Origin: an uncultured delta proteobacterium
GTDB lineage: Bacteria; Desulfobacterota; Binatia; HRBIN30; BPIQ01
Length of the DNA: 64,000 bases
Assembly (NCBI GenBank): GCA_963761335.1
Contig: CAVXGR010000009.1
Coordinates: forward strand, 1-64,000
Reading direction: 5' to 3'
Below the pieces are notes generated by a model that had not been told where the DNA came from, made no database searches, and worked only from the letters and a program-made list of their open reading frames with translations. Each line of letters starts with the position of its first letter. The stretch's first letter is position 1. This document shows, in pieces, positions 27,117 to 37,856 of this stretch. The position numbers and the translations under genes are program-made.

Positions 27117-28304
27117 CTAGGACCGGGCCGCGAACCTGATCGGCAAGCGCAGCGGGCCGTTGATGCCGATGGCCGGCTTCCAGACAGCGTCGGCACCGAC
27201 GACCGGGCAGGTGAGGCGAGCGCTCAGGGCCGCCAGCCCCTCCTGCAGCTCGGCGCGGGCCAGGGCCGCGCCCAGGCAGTAATGCGGTCCGTGACCGAAG
27301 GCAAGGTGCGGGTTGTCGGCGTTGCGCGCCGGATCGATCTCCTCCGGTCTCGGATAGGCCCGCTCGTCGTGGTCGGCGCTCCACAGCGAGAGCAGCACCG
27401 GCGTCCCCGGCTCCAGGCGCTCGCCGTGCTCCTCGACAGGCTCGGCGACAGTGCGGCCGACGCCGCTGACGGCGGAGCGGAAGCGCAGGATCTCCTCGAC
27501 GACGCTCTCGGCGGCAAGCTCCCCCTGGCCCACCGCGTCCCAGATCTGCGGCCGCTCGGCGAGCGCCGACACCATCCAGCCGAGCTGGTTCTTGGTGGTC
27601 TCGTGGCCGGCGAAAACCAGGCCGCCAATGGCGCCGCTGATCATCTCCTCGCTCCAGCCGTCCTCGCCCCCGGCCTGGGCGATGCGGGTCACCAGGTCGT
27701 CACGCGGCTCGGCAGTGCGTCTCGCCGCGAGCTCGGCCGCGTAGGCGAGAAGCTGGGTCAGGGCCGAGTCGACCTCGCCGATGCGCTCGGCCAGCTCGAT
27801 CGGGCTGAATCCCAGACCGATGGTGTTGGCCCAGCTCCGGAAGCGATCGCGGTCCTCGATCGGCACGCCGATCAGCTCACACAGGCCGAGCGACGGGTAG
27901 GCATCGGCGAACTCGGCGACGAACTCGCACTCGCCCCGGGACGCGAAGGCATCGATGAGCTCGTGCGCCGCCTGGCGGAGGAACGGCCGCGTCTGCTCGA
28001 CGCGACGAGGCGTGAAGGTGCGCGACAGCACCCCGCGCCATCTCTGGTGATCGGCGCCGTCGCGGTTCAGCGGCGACATTGCCATCCACTCGTAGAACGG
28101 TCCGGAGGTGATGCCGAAGGCGTGCAGGAACTCGGTGAAGTTCGCCCGCAGCCGTGGATCGGCGAGTAGCTCGCGCACGTCGGCGTAGTGGATCACTCCC
28201 ACCGCCGGAGTAAAATCCGCAAGCCGGCCGTCGCGGCGAGCCCGCGCCAGCACTCCGAACGGGTCGGCGAGAAACTCCGGCAGCTCCACGTTGGCGCGGC
28301 TCAT
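27117..28304 (-). CDS. cytochrome P450
   Basis: AGHETT, EEILR, HLAFGHGPHYCLGAALAR. Confidence 0.96.
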   Translation of the reverse strand: MSRANVELPEFLADPFGVLARARRDGRLADFTPAVGVIHYADVRELLADPRLRANFTEFLHAFGITSGPFYEWMAMSPLNRDGADHQRWRGVLSRTFTPRRVEQTRPFLRQAAHELIDAFASRGECEFVAEFADAYPSLGLCELIGVPIEDRDRFRSWANTIGLGFSPIELAERIGEVDSALTQLLAYAAELAARRTAEPRDDLVTRIAQAGGEDGWSEEMISGAIGGLVFAGHETTKNQLGWMVSALAERPQIWDAVGQGELAAESVVEEILRFRSAVSGVGRTVAEPVEEHGERLEPGTPVLLSLWSADHDERAYPRPEEIDPARNADNPHLAFGHGPHYCLGAALARAELQEGLAALSARLTCPVVGADAVWKPAIGINGPLRLPIRFAARS

Positions 28305-28492
28305 GTTGGACCTCCTCCGATTCCGCCGCTGTAGCTGAGGAGCGGGATCGCGGCAAGCGCTATTCGGGCGACTCGGTCCGGATTCATTTGCTCTGCAGGC
28401 TAGAGAATGTTCCGCGGTCGAGCTTGGATGCGGCTTGAGTTGTCGCGCCAGATGGCCTACGCGCGCAAGAGGATTGCTTCGGTATCGGACGA

Positions 28493-29944
28493 ATGACTCG
28501 TCGTTATCTGCTCCTATTGCCCATTTGCCTGTTCGCGGTGCACTGCCGCGGGGTCGGTCCGCCGCCCGGAGCACTGGAGCGAAGCACGGAGCTGGCGTGG
28601 CCGCACCGATTGACCCACGAGGAGATCGAGTCGACCGTCGCGGCGCCGCTCGATCGGGGGCAGGACCCCTGCGAGAGCCTTTACTGGTACGCATGCGGCC
28701 GGTGGCACGAGAGGGCGCCATCTGGCCTCGGCCAGACGACTCGCGCCTTCGGCGAGGCGCAAAATCGCAATGCCCTGGTCCTCTGGAAGATCCTCCAGGA
28801 GATCCCCAGCGCAGGGGACGGTGCGACGGCGGATACCGGCGTGGACCCGGAGCTCCGCCGGGCCCGCGAGTTCTACGACAGCTGCATGGACACGCACGCG
28901 CTGCGAGAGGCCGGGACCGCTCCGCTGGATCCCTGGCTGGCCGAGATCGCTACCATTCACGATACGGAATCGCTGATGGCCGTGACCGGGAAGCTGCATT
29001 CGTTCGGCGCTCCCGGCCTTTTTCAGGTCCGCGTCCGAGCCGAACCGGGTGGTGCCAAGCGATGGATACTGGAGCTCCTCCAAGGAGGCCTGGGGCTCGA
29101 AAGACCTGAAGCGTATCTCGATCCCGATCGCAGCGGACTCACTCTGCGGCTCTACACCGAGCAGGTCAGAAAGCTATTGGAGATCCATGGCGACTGGAAA
29201 TCCGCCGATGATCTCGCTCCGAAGGTCGTCTCCTTCGAGGTTGCCATGGCGCGCTTCTTTTCCCCCTTCAGTGCGCCAGGCGGCATCTCTTCGGTTGAAA
29301 GCGAGGTCGGCCATATCGATACGGTCGCGCCCGAGTTCCCCTGGAGCGCTTATTTCACCAACCTCGGCCTTGCGGACGGCGCGCCGGTGGTGGTCCAAAA
29401 TCCGCCGTTCTTCCGGAGTCTGGCGAACCTACTGAAGCACACGGACCCGGAGGTGCTGCGCGCCTACACGCGCGTTAACTTCGTCCGTTCGATTCTCCCC
29501 TTCCTCTCGGCGAGCCCCGCCGAGAGAGCTGTCGGCGCCGCTGGACCCTCGTGGTGGTCGTGCGCCCTCGGCACCTACACGGCGCTCCCCGGAGTTTTGG
29601 GTCCTATCTACATGCAGCGCTTCCGGGAACCGGAGCTCGAGGCCGAAGCGATGGACCTCGCCCGTTCCGTACGCGACGCCGCCGCACAGGCGGTCCGCGA
29701 TACAGAGTGGCTCAACCCTCGCGTGCGGGAGGGCGCGTTGTCGAGACTCCGCTCGATTTCCCTGCATGTCGGGACGCCCGATGCCTGGCCCAATCGAAAG
29801 GGGCTTCGTGTTCAACCGCATGCATTCTTCGCAAACGCCATGTCCGCCCGTCGACTTTCGACAGCCGAAGCCGTCGGCATGGTCGGCAAACCGGCAGCGT
29901 CGAAGAAGGCTCCGTCCGAAAGGACACAGACGACGCACTGGTGA
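28493..29944 (+). pseudogene. M13 (neprilysin-like) peptidase, N-terminal domain only; catalytic domain missing
   Basis: DPCESLYWYACGRW, REFYDSCMD, QGGLGL, FPWSAYF; stops before VNAFY/HExxH, which were not found downstream. Confidence 0.7.
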
Positions 29945-30654
29945 TGTGCGATGGGGCTTCTGGTGCGACCTTCCATCTACGGCCGCCAGAACTACGGCGG
30001 ACTGGGCACGATCACGGCCACAATTCTTGCATACGCTCAGCCGGTGACTCTGGCATGAGACTTTCAAGGACGACCGCAAAGTGCCTGGATCATGGACCCC
30101 CTGACGACCGAATCGGCAACCGAGAAGTGCATCGCAATCGCTACAGCTCGTCGAGAGTAGCCCTCCACGTTCCTGCGAGTCGACCGAGCGTACCTCGTAA
30201 GGACGGCTACGACTCTGCCCGAAACCTTGGACAAATCCGCGAACACGCAGCGCCTATCGCGCCTTCCTGCGCTACAGTGACCAGGAACAGAAGTAGCAGT
30301 CAGGCATCGCAGGGATAAATAGAGCGCAGCTATTAAAAGTAGCGGAGAAGAAGATGTGATGAAGTAAAGAGAAGAGAGGGGAGAGAGGAGAGAAGGAGAG
30401 TATCCACCGCCGCGGATTCGCGTAGATGGGGAGATGTCCAGTCTCCGCGAATTCGCCGATGCGTTTGCGTGCAGACCCGGAACTCCAATGAATCCCCGCG
30501 ATCGCTGCGCCGGCCTTTGAGACTCGCCGTCTGCGAACCTCTGAACCGCCTGTAACCCATTCCTGCCCGACGTGGGTCCAAGGCTACTGAGGCCAGATAT
30601 GCCCCGCGGTATCGTCCCCTGTCAGCCCCCGAGAGAGATCTGAAGCAGGTTTCC

Positions 30655-31926
30655 GTGTCCGACGCAGAGTCCGAGATCCGGCAACATCTCGCCACCGAGA
30701 CCCGCTCGAAGAGGCGGCGGCGATGGCGCTGGGCAGCCCTCGCCGTCGCCGCCGGCCTGGTCGCCATCGCCGCGCGCCCGGTGCTCTATGGAGGCGACGA
30801 CGCTCCTCACTATCGCAGCACCGAGGCCAGCCGCGGCGATCTGGTGGTCACGGTGACCGCCACCGGCACGTTGCAGCCCACCAACCAGGTCGACGTCGGC
30901 AGCGAGCTCTCTGGCATCATCAAGACCGTGGCCGTGGACTTCAACGACCGCGTCCAGGTCGGCCAGGCTCTGGCCGTGCTCGACACCGCCAAGCTCCAGG
31001 CCCAGGTGCTCCAGTCCGAGGCGGCCCTCAAGGCGAGGCAGGCGATGGTGCTGCAGGACGAGGCGAGCGTCGAGGAGACGCGTCTGGAGCTCGACCGCGC
31101 CAACCGGCTGTTGCCGAAGCGGGCCATGTCGGAGCACGATCAGGTCGCCGCCAAGGCAGCGTTCAAGCGCGCCGAGGCGAGCGTCGCCAACGCCCGCGCC
31201 CAGGTGTCGCAGGCCGAGGCGGCCCTCGAGGTCGACCGAACCAACCTGCAGAAGGCGGTGATCCGCTCGCCGATCAACGGCGTGGTGCTGCAACGCCAGG
31301 TGGAGCCGGGCCAGACGGTCGCCGCCACCCTGCAGTCGCCGGTTCTCTTCACGCTGGCCGAGGACCTCACCAAGATGGAGCTGCAGGTGGACGTCGACGA
31401 GGCCGACGTCGGCAAGCTCGCCGAGGGGCAGAGCGCCAGCTTCACCGTGGACGCCTATCCCGAGCGGCGCTTTCCCGCGAAGATCACCCAGGTGCGCTAC
31501 GCCTCCAAGACCGTCGACGGCGTCGTCACCTACCAGGCGGTGCTCAGCGTCGACAACTCCGATCTGCTGCTGCGCCCCGGCATGACGGCGACGGCGGACG
31601 TTGTCGTGCAGAGGATCGAGAGCGCCCTGCTGGTGCCGAACGCGGCGCTGCGTTTCCGGCCGCCCGCCTCGGCCAGCAGGAGCGGCTCGTCGCGCGGCCG
31701 CGGGCTGCTGGGCATCCTCATGCCCCACCCCCCGCATCCTTCCGAGTCGCCGCGATCCCATGCGGCCAAGGCTCCCCAGCACGAGGTGTGGATTCTGCGC
31801 GAGCAGCAGCTGGCCGGCGTGCCGGTGACCATCGGCGCGACCGACGGCCGCTTCACCGAGATCGTGTCGGGAGACCTCACCGCCGGGACCGCGGTGGTCA
31901 CCGACGCCATCCAGCAACCCGGATGA
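30655..31926 (+). CDS. efflux periplasmic adaptor (MacA/HlyD-like)
   Basis: VTATGTLQPTNQVDVGSELSGII, IRSPINGVV, VDEADVG, LRPGMTA. Confidence 0.93.
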   Translation: MSDAESEIRQHLATETRSKRRRRWRWAALAVAAGLVAIAARPVLYGGDDAPHYRSTEASRGDLVVTVTATGTLQPTNQVDVGSELSGIIKTVAVDFNDRVQVGQALAVLDTAKLQAQVLQSEAALKARQAMVLQDEASVEETRLELDRANRLLPKRAMSEHDQVAAKAAFKRAEASVANARAQVSQAEAALEVDRTNLQKAVIRSPINGVVLQRQVEPGQTVAATLQSPVLFTLAEDLTKMELQVDVDEADVGKLAEGQSASFTVDAYPERRFPAKITQVRYASKTVDGVVTYQAVLSVDNSDLLLRPGMTATADVVVQRIESALLVPNAALRFRPPASASRSGSSRGRGLLGILMPHPPHPSESPRSHAAKAPQHEVWILREQQLAGVPVTIGATDGRFTEIVSGDLTAGTAVVTDAIQQPG

Positions 31927-32669
31927 TCGCCGCAGCAGAGAACGGCGCGGGGGGCCCTCCTCCGCCCCTGATCGAGCTGCGGCAGGTCACCAAGACGTAC
32001 GGCGCCGGCACCGCGGCGATGCAGGCACTGCGCGGTATCGACCTGCGGATCGACGACGGCGAGTTCCTCGCGGTCATGGGTCCGAGCGGCTCGGGCAAGT
32101 CGACGGCGATGAACATCATCGGCTGCCTGGACACCCCGACCGCTGGATCATATCTGTTCCGCGGCGTCGACGTGGGTACGCTGTCGCGCGATCAGCGCGC
32201 CATCCTCCGCCGCTACTATCTCGGCTTCGTCTTCCAGGGCTTCAATCTCCTCAACCGCACCTCGGCGCTCGAGAACGTCGAGCTGCCGCTCATCTACAGG
32301 AGGATGCCCGCGGCGGAGCGCCAGGAGCGGGCGCGGCAGGCGCTGCGTGCCGTCGGCCTGGAGCCATGGGCCAAGCACACGCCGTCCGAGCTCTCGGGCG
32401 GCCAGCAGCAGCGCGTCGCCATCGCCCGCGCCATGGTCACCGAGCCGGCGCTGCTGCTCGCCGACGAGCCCACCGGGAATCTCGACTCGGCGCGCAGCCG
32501 CGAGATCATGGAGCTGCTCACGGCGCTCAATCGCGATCGCGGCATCACCGTCGTCATGGTGACCCACGAGACGACGATGGCGGCCTACGCGAAGCGCAGC
32601 CTGCACTTCATGGACGGCCTGGTCGACGACGGCGCGCCGCCGGAGAGCGAAGCGCCGGGGCACCCCTGA
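31923..32669 (+). CDS. ABC transporter ATP-binding protein (MacB/LolD-like)
   Basis: [37 protein letters not shown] overlap with the upstream gene. Confidence 0.95.
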   Translation: MIAAAENGAGGPPPPLIELRQVTKTYGAGTAAMQALRGIDLRIDDGEFLAVMGPSGSGKSTAMNIIGCLDTPTAGSYLFRGVDVGTLSRDQRAILRRYYLGFVFQGFNLLNRTSALENVELPLIYRRMPAAERQERARQALRAVGLEPWAKHTPSELSGGQQQRVAIARAMVTEPALLLADEPTGNLDSARSREIMELLTALNRDRGITVVMVTHETTMAAYAKRSLHFMDGLVDDGAPPESEAPGHP

Positions 32670-33880
32670 TGCTGGCCGACACCATCCTCCTGGCTCTGCG
32701 GGCCATCCGCCGCAACCTCCTGCGCTCGTCGCTGACGGTGCTGGGTATCGTCATCGGCGTCGCCGCGGTGATCACCATGGTCACCATCGGCAGCGGCGCG
32801 ACGGCGCAGGTGACCGCGCAGATATCGAGTCTCGGCAGCAACCTGCTGAACGTGAGACCGGGGCAGCGGGGCCATGGGCCCGGGGGCGCCAGAAGCGAGG
32901 CGAAGTCCTTCGAGATCGGCGATTCCGAGGCCATCGAGCGCGAGATCTCCGGCCTGGCCGCGGTGGCGCCCGCGGCGTCGAAGACGACACTCGCCATCTT
33001 CGGGAACGAGAACTGGTCGACCACGGTCACCGGCAGCGACAATGCCTACCTCGAGGTGCGCGCCTGGCCGTTGCAGAGCGGCCGGCCGTTCACCGGCGGC
33101 GAGGTGCGCGCCGGCAAGCTCGTGTGCATTCTCGGGGCCACGGTCAGGCAGAAGCTCTTTGCCGCGCAGGACCCGCTCGATGCGACGATTCGTCTCGGCA
33201 AGCTCCCCTGCCAGGTGATCGGCGTGCTGCGGTCGAAGGGGCAGTCCGGCTTCGGTGCCGACGAAGACGATTTCGTTCTCGTTCCCCTGCGCGCCCTGCA
33301 GCGGCGCATGGCGGGCAACCAGGACGTCGACGCCATCTTCGTCTCCGCCGAAGACGGCGTGTCGACCACGACGGTGCAGCGAAACATCGAGTCGCTGCTG
33401 CGCGAGCGGCGGCGGCTCGGGCCGAAGGACGAGGACGACTTTCACGTCATGGACATGCAGGAGATCGTCAGCGCCGTCGCCGGCACCAGCCGCGTGCTCA
33501 CGGCGCTGCTCGGCGCCGTGGCCGCCGTGAGCCTGCTGGTCGGCGGCATCGGCATCATGAACATCATGATGGTCTCGGTCACCGAGCGCACCCGCGAGAT
33601 CGGCACGCGGCTGGCGATCGGCGCCTTGGAGCGCGAGGTCCTGCTGCAGTTCCTGGTCGAGGCCGTGGTGCTGTCGCTGCTGGGCGGCATCGCCGGCATC
33701 ATCCTCGGGCTGCTGGCGGCGGCGGGTGGCGTGCGCCTTCTCGGCGTGCCCTTCGTCTTCGACCCCAGCATCGTGGTCACCGCCTTCCTCTTCTCCGGCG
33801 CCGTCGGCATCGCCTTCGGCTACTTCCCGGCGCGCCAGGCGGCGCGCCTCGATCCGATCGAGGCCCTGCGGCGCGAGTAG
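32669..33880 (+). CDS. MacB-type ABC permease
   Basis: RSSLTVLGIVIGVAAV, VGGIGIMNIMMVSVTERTREIG, GYFPARQAARLDPIEALR. Confidence 0.95.
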   Translation: MLADTILLALRAIRRNLLRSSLTVLGIVIGVAAVITMVTIGSGATAQVTAQISSLGSNLLNVRPGQRGHGPGGARSEAKSFEIGDSEAIEREISGLAAVAPAASKTTLAIFGNENWSTTVTGSDNAYLEVRAWPLQSGRPFTGGEVRAGKLVCILGATVRQKLFAAQDPLDATIRLGKLPCQVIGVLRSKGQSGFGADEDDFVLVPLRALQRRMAGNQDVDAIFVSAEDGVSTTTVQRNIESLLRERRRLGPKDEDDFHVMDMQEIVSAVAGTSRVLTALLGAVAAVSLLVGGIGIMNIMMVSVTERTREIGTRLAIGALEREVLLQFLVEAVVLSLLGGIAGIILGLLAAAGGVRLLGVPFVFDPSIVVTAFLFSGAVGIAFGYFPARQAARLDPIEALRRE

Positions 33881-33882
33881 CC

Positions 33883-35313
33883 ATGCCCGCCCCGTTACCC
33901 GCGCTCTCGCGGCGCCTTCTTCGCGCTGCCTGCTTCGCCGTCGCCAGCTGCGCCGCCGTCGGCCCCGACTATCACCCGCCGCAGGTCGCGGCGCCGGCGC
34001 AGTGGCATGCCGAGCTGCAGGACGGCCTGCACGGCGGGGCCATCGACCCGCGGGCGCTGGCGGAGTGGTGGACGAAGCTCGACGACCCGCTGCTCACGCA
34101 GCTGCTCGAGCGCGCCGCCGCGGCCAATCTCGACCTCGGCCAGGCGCGGACGCGGGTGCGCCAGGCGCGGGCGCGGCGCGGCGTCGCCGGGGCCGCCCTG
34201 TTTCCCACGGCCGACGCCACCGGCGCCGCGACCTGGAGCGAACGCGGCAGCGGCCAGTCGGGGGCCGGCAGCTCCGACCAGTGGCTGTACTCGGCGGGCT
34301 TCGATGCGGCGTGGGAGCTCGACGTCTTCGGCGGCGTACGGCGCTCCGTCGAGGCGGCACAGGCGGACCTGGAGGCGAGCCGCGAGGATCTGGGCGACGT
34401 GCTCGTCAGCCTGCTGGCGGAGACGGCCCTCGATTACGTCGACCTGCGCTCCGCGCAGGCGCAGCTGGCGATCGCCGAGGCCAACGTCGAGGCACAGACG
34501 GAGACCTATCAGATCGCCAACGAGCAGTTCCGCGCCGGACTGACCACCGATCTCGCCGCCGAGCAAGCGCAGTACAACCTCGAGAGCACACGCGCGCAGA
34601 TCCCCACCTTCCGCACCCAGATCGAGCAGCTAAAGAACGCCCTGTCGGTGCTGACCGGGCAGCCTCCGGGCGCCCTCGACGCCGAGCTCGATGAAAGAAA
34701 GCAGGTCCCCGTGCCTCCCGGAGAGGTCTTGGTGGGAGTCCCGGCAAACGCCGTGCGACGCCGCCCCGACGTGCGCCGCGCCGAGCGACTGCTGGCGGCG
34801 CAGACGGCGCGCATCGGCGTGGCCACCGCCGACCTCTATCCGAAGCTTTCGCTGAACGGCACCATCGGCATCGACGCCTCGACGCTCGGCGGGCTGACCT
34901 CGTTCGCCAACCGCTTCTCCCAGCTCGGCCCGAGCTTCAAGTGGACTCTGTTCGCGGCGGGAAGCATCCGCCAGAACATCGAGCTCCAGGAGGCGCTGAC
35001 GGAGGAGACTCTGCTCGCTTACCAGCAAGCGGTGCTGAAGGCGTTGCAAGAGGTCGAGGACGACATCGTCGCCTACGCCCAGGAGCAGCAGCGACGCGAC
35101 AGCCTGTCGCGCGCCGCCGCCGCGGCCGAGCGCGCCGTAACCGTGGCGCGCCAGCAGTTCGAGACCGGCCTGGTCGATTTCCAGAGCGTGCTCGACGCGC
35201 AGCGCTCCCTGCTCTCACTGCAGGAGCAGCTCGAGCAGAGCGACGCCGCCGTCACCTCCAACCTGATCCGCCTCTACAAAGCACTCGGCGGCGGCTGGAC
35301 GCCGGCGGGGTGA
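33883..35313 (+). CDS. outer-membrane efflux lipoprotein (TolC/NodT family)
   Basis: CAAVGPDYHPP, WELDVFG, RRPDVRRAE, LYKALGGGW. Confidence 0.95.
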   Translation: MPAPLPALSRRLLRAACFAVASCAAVGPDYHPPQVAAPAQWHAELQDGLHGGAIDPRALAEWWTKLDDPLLTQLLERAAAANLDLGQARTRVRQARARRGVAGAALFPTADATGAATWSERGSGQSGAGSSDQWLYSAGFDAAWELDVFGGVRRSVEAAQADLEASREDLGDVLVSLLAETALDYVDLRSAQAQLAIAEANVEAQTETYQIANEQFRAGLTTDLAAEQAQYNLESTRAQIPTFRTQIEQLKNALSVLTGQPPGALDAELDERKQVPVPPGEVLVGVPANAVRRRPDVRRAERLLAAQTARIGVATADLYPKLSLNGTIGIDASTLGGLTSFANRFSQLGPSFKWTLFAAGSIRQNIELQEALTEETLLAYQQAVLKALQEVEDDIVAYAQEQQRRDSLSRAAAAAERAVTVARQQFETGLVDFQSVLDAQRSLLSLQEQLEQSDAAVTSNLIRLYKALGGGWTPAG

Positions 35314-35380
35314 CGGAGAGCGAGGATGCGCGAAGACGTCACATCCGCTAGCATCCCGCCGCAGAAAGGGAGACTCCGCC

Positions 35381-35764
35381 ATGCATCTCGTCGCCTTTGT
35401 CATCATTCTCGCCCTGATCGAGTTCTTCGTCTTCGGCCTGCTGGTCGGCCAGGCCCGGCAGCGCTACGACGTCAAGGCGCCGGCGACCACCGGCCATCCG
35501 ATCTTCGAGCGCTACTTCCGCGTGCACCAGAACACCATGGAGCAGCTGGTGATCTTCGTGCCGGCGATCTGGCTCTTCGGCTTCTACCTCAGCCCGACCT
35601 GGGCGGCGATTCTCGGCGTCGTCTTCATCATCGGCCGGGTCGTCTACATACGCGGCTACGTCGCGGAGCCGAGCAAGCGCGAGACCGGAGTGATCATCAG
35701 CGCCGTCGCCCAGGTGATTCTCCTGCTCGGCGCCGCCATCGGCGCCTTCTTCGCCTGGATCTGA
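35381..35764 (+). CDS. MAPEG family membrane protein
   Basis: APATTGHPIFERYFRVHQNTMEQL, GRVVYIRGY. Confidence 0.9.
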   Translation: MHLVAFVIILALIEFFVFGLLVGQARQRYDVKAPATTGHPIFERYFRVHQNTMEQLVIFVPAIWLFGFYLSPTWAAILGVVFIIGRVVYIRGYVAEPSKRETGVIISAVAQVILLLGAAIGAFFAWI

Positions 35765-35940
35765 GCGTGACGGCATTCGCGGCTGACGCCCCCGACGAGG
35801 AGTACGAGCGCCGCCGCGAGGAGCGGCCCGATCCGGGAACGTGAGGCACCGCCGGGGGCTCACGCAACGACCCAACGGCGCAACGCAGAAAATCGCCCGC
35901 GTTGCGCCGTGGCGACGTTGCGTGAGACCATGATGCGGCC

Positions 35941-36442
35941 GGGGACAGGCACCTTTTCGGCGGCGAGCAATCGGGGCCCGCGGGCAACCCTCCGCCGCCG
36001 AAAAGGAGCCTGCTTCGAAAATCTGTTGGGTGAAGGTCTGGCGGAGCCCCGGCGCTTGGCGTGGAGATTATCGCCCCGGAGGGGCGCGGGCATGTAGCCC
36101 CGGGTGCCAACCCGGGGACCGCGTTCCGATTGGCCCAGATCAGCGCCCCGCAGGGGCGCAGGCGTAGAGGCCGCGTGAGTCACGTCGATGAGCTCCCCAC
36201 GCACCCAGTGGTGATTTATCGGCGTACGGGCGCGACATCGACGAAAACTTGCCTGCGACCCTGCGGGGCCGCCTACGACGGACCGTGCACTTTTCCCCGG
36301 GTTTCACCCGGGGCTACACGCCACCGCCCTCCGGGGCGAACTTCGCCCAGGCGAGAATCTCCCAATCTCTTGCCGGGGCAGATCCCCGGCCTCATTTTCA
36401 TCGTCTGCTGGTGAGCCGCCAGGCTCATGATGCACTGTCCCC
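35941..36442 (+). mobile_element. repeat-targeting element, copy E (body 36012-36434)
   Basis: Same junctions aaaaggagc-CT-gcttcg and gca-CT-gtcccc as copy B, different hairpin loop. Confidence 0.88.
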
Positions 36443-36449
36443 TGACCGC

Positions 36450-37526
36450 TCAGGCGATGACGCTGCGGATGACCTCGCCGGCCTCCATGGCGCGGAAGGC
36501 GTCGTTGACGCCCTCGAGCTTGATGGTCTTGGAGACCATCTTGGAGGTGTCGAGGCGGTGGGTCTCGATCAGCTCGACGAAGCGCGGGAAATCGCGGCGC
36601 ACCTGCGCCGTGCCGTACTTGCAGCCCTTCACCGTCTTCTCCTCGAAGAAGATGCCGAAGGCCGGCAGAGTGAACTGCGCGTCGAAGCGCGCCATGCCGA
36701 CCATGATCACCTCGCCGCCGCGGCGCGCCAGGTTGTAGGCGGTGACGAAGGTCTCCGGAAGACCGATCACCTCGAAGGCGTAGTCGGCGCCGCGGCCGCC
36801 GGTGAGCGCCTTCACCTGCTCGACCGGATCGCCCTGGGAGGGATCGACGACGTCGGTGGCGCCGAGCTGCATGGCCGTCTTGCGCTTCAGCTCCTGCGGG
36901 TCGATGGCGATGATGCGGCCGGCACCGGCGACGCGCGCCCCCTGGATGACCGCCTGCCCGACGCCGCCGCAACCGAGGACGGCGACGCTGGCGCCGGGCC
37001 GCACCTTGGCGGTGTTGAGGGCGGCACCGACGCCGGTGGTCACGCCGCAGCCGATCAGCGCCAGCTGTGCGTCGGGGAGGTCGGTCTCGACCTTCACCAC
37101 CGAGGCCTCGTCCACGGTCATCACGTTGGAAAACGTCCCCAAGCCGGTCATGCAGAAGTACATGCTGCCGTCCGGACGCGTGCCGCGCATCGCCATCGAC
37201 ACCTCGTTCTCGCGCTCGCACAGCTCCGACTGATCGCGCAGGCAGTACCAGCAGGCGCCGCAGGCGGGCACGAAGGAGGCGATGACGCGGTCGCCCTTCT
37301 GCACCCGCGACACCTCGGCGCCGACCTCGACGACGCGACCGGCGCCCTCGTGGCCGAGCACCATCCCCGGCGGCACCGGCACGTAGCCGCGCATGATCGA
37401 CAGGTCCGAATGACAGACACCGCTGGCGCCGATCTCGACGACGACATCGCGCGGACCGGGCGGGTTCGGCTTGAGCTCCTCCAGGGCAAGGGCGGTGGAG
37501 TCTCCGACGTAGACAGCAGCTTTCAT
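36450..37526 (-). CDS. Zn-dependent alcohol dehydrogenase
   Basis: GVCHSD, GHEGAG, CGACWYC, GCGVTTG, GCGGVG; paralog of 6743-7831. Confidence 0.95.
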   Translation of the reverse strand: MKAAVYVGDSTALALEELKPNPPGPRDVVVEIGASGVCHSDLSIMRGYVPVPPGMVLGHEGAGRVVEVGAEVSRVQKGDRVIASFVPACGACWYCLRDQSELCERENEVSMAMRGTRPDGSMYFCMTGLGTFSNVMTVDEASVVKVETDLPDAQLALIGCGVTTGVGAALNTAKVRPGASVAVLGCGGVGQAVIQGARVAGAGRIIAIDPQELKRKTAMQLGATDVVDPSQGDPVEQVKALTGGRGADYAFEVIGLPETFVTAYNLARRGGEVIMVGMARFDAQFTLPAFGIFFEEKTVKGCKYGTAQVRRDFPRFVELIETHRLDTSKMVSKTIKLEGVNDAFRAMEAGEVIRSVIA

Positions 37527-37593
37527 TGGCATCCTCCGATTGGGCTAATTGCGGTCAGCCTCATTTCTAGCCTGTCCCCGCACGTAAAGTATA

Positions 37594-37854
37594 GAGGCGG
37601 AGAGGTGAACCGCAGAGCCGCAGAGAGCGCAGAGGAGAGCGAGCCGCCAAGGCGCAAAGGACGCCAAGAGAAGAGCGCCAAGAGGAAGAGGGGAGAGGCT
37701 ACTCCCCGGCCAAATGGACCAGCGCGAACCGGTCGCAAGCCCGGGAGTAGCCTCTCCCCTCTTCCTCTCTCGGCGTCCTTCTCGGCGTTCTCGCCGCCTC
37801 TGCGGTTTCCCTCCTCCGCGTCCTCTGCGGCTCTGCGGTTCACCTCCTCGCCTC
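37594..37854. repeat. ~260-bp nested imperfect hairpin (CGCAGAG family plus an inner 25-bp IR)
   Basis: Outer gaggtgaaccgcagagccgcagag / ctctgcggctctgcggttcacctc; inner gaggaagaggggagaggctactccc / gggagtagcctctcccctcttcctc. Confidence 0.82.
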
Positions 37855-37856
37855 AC

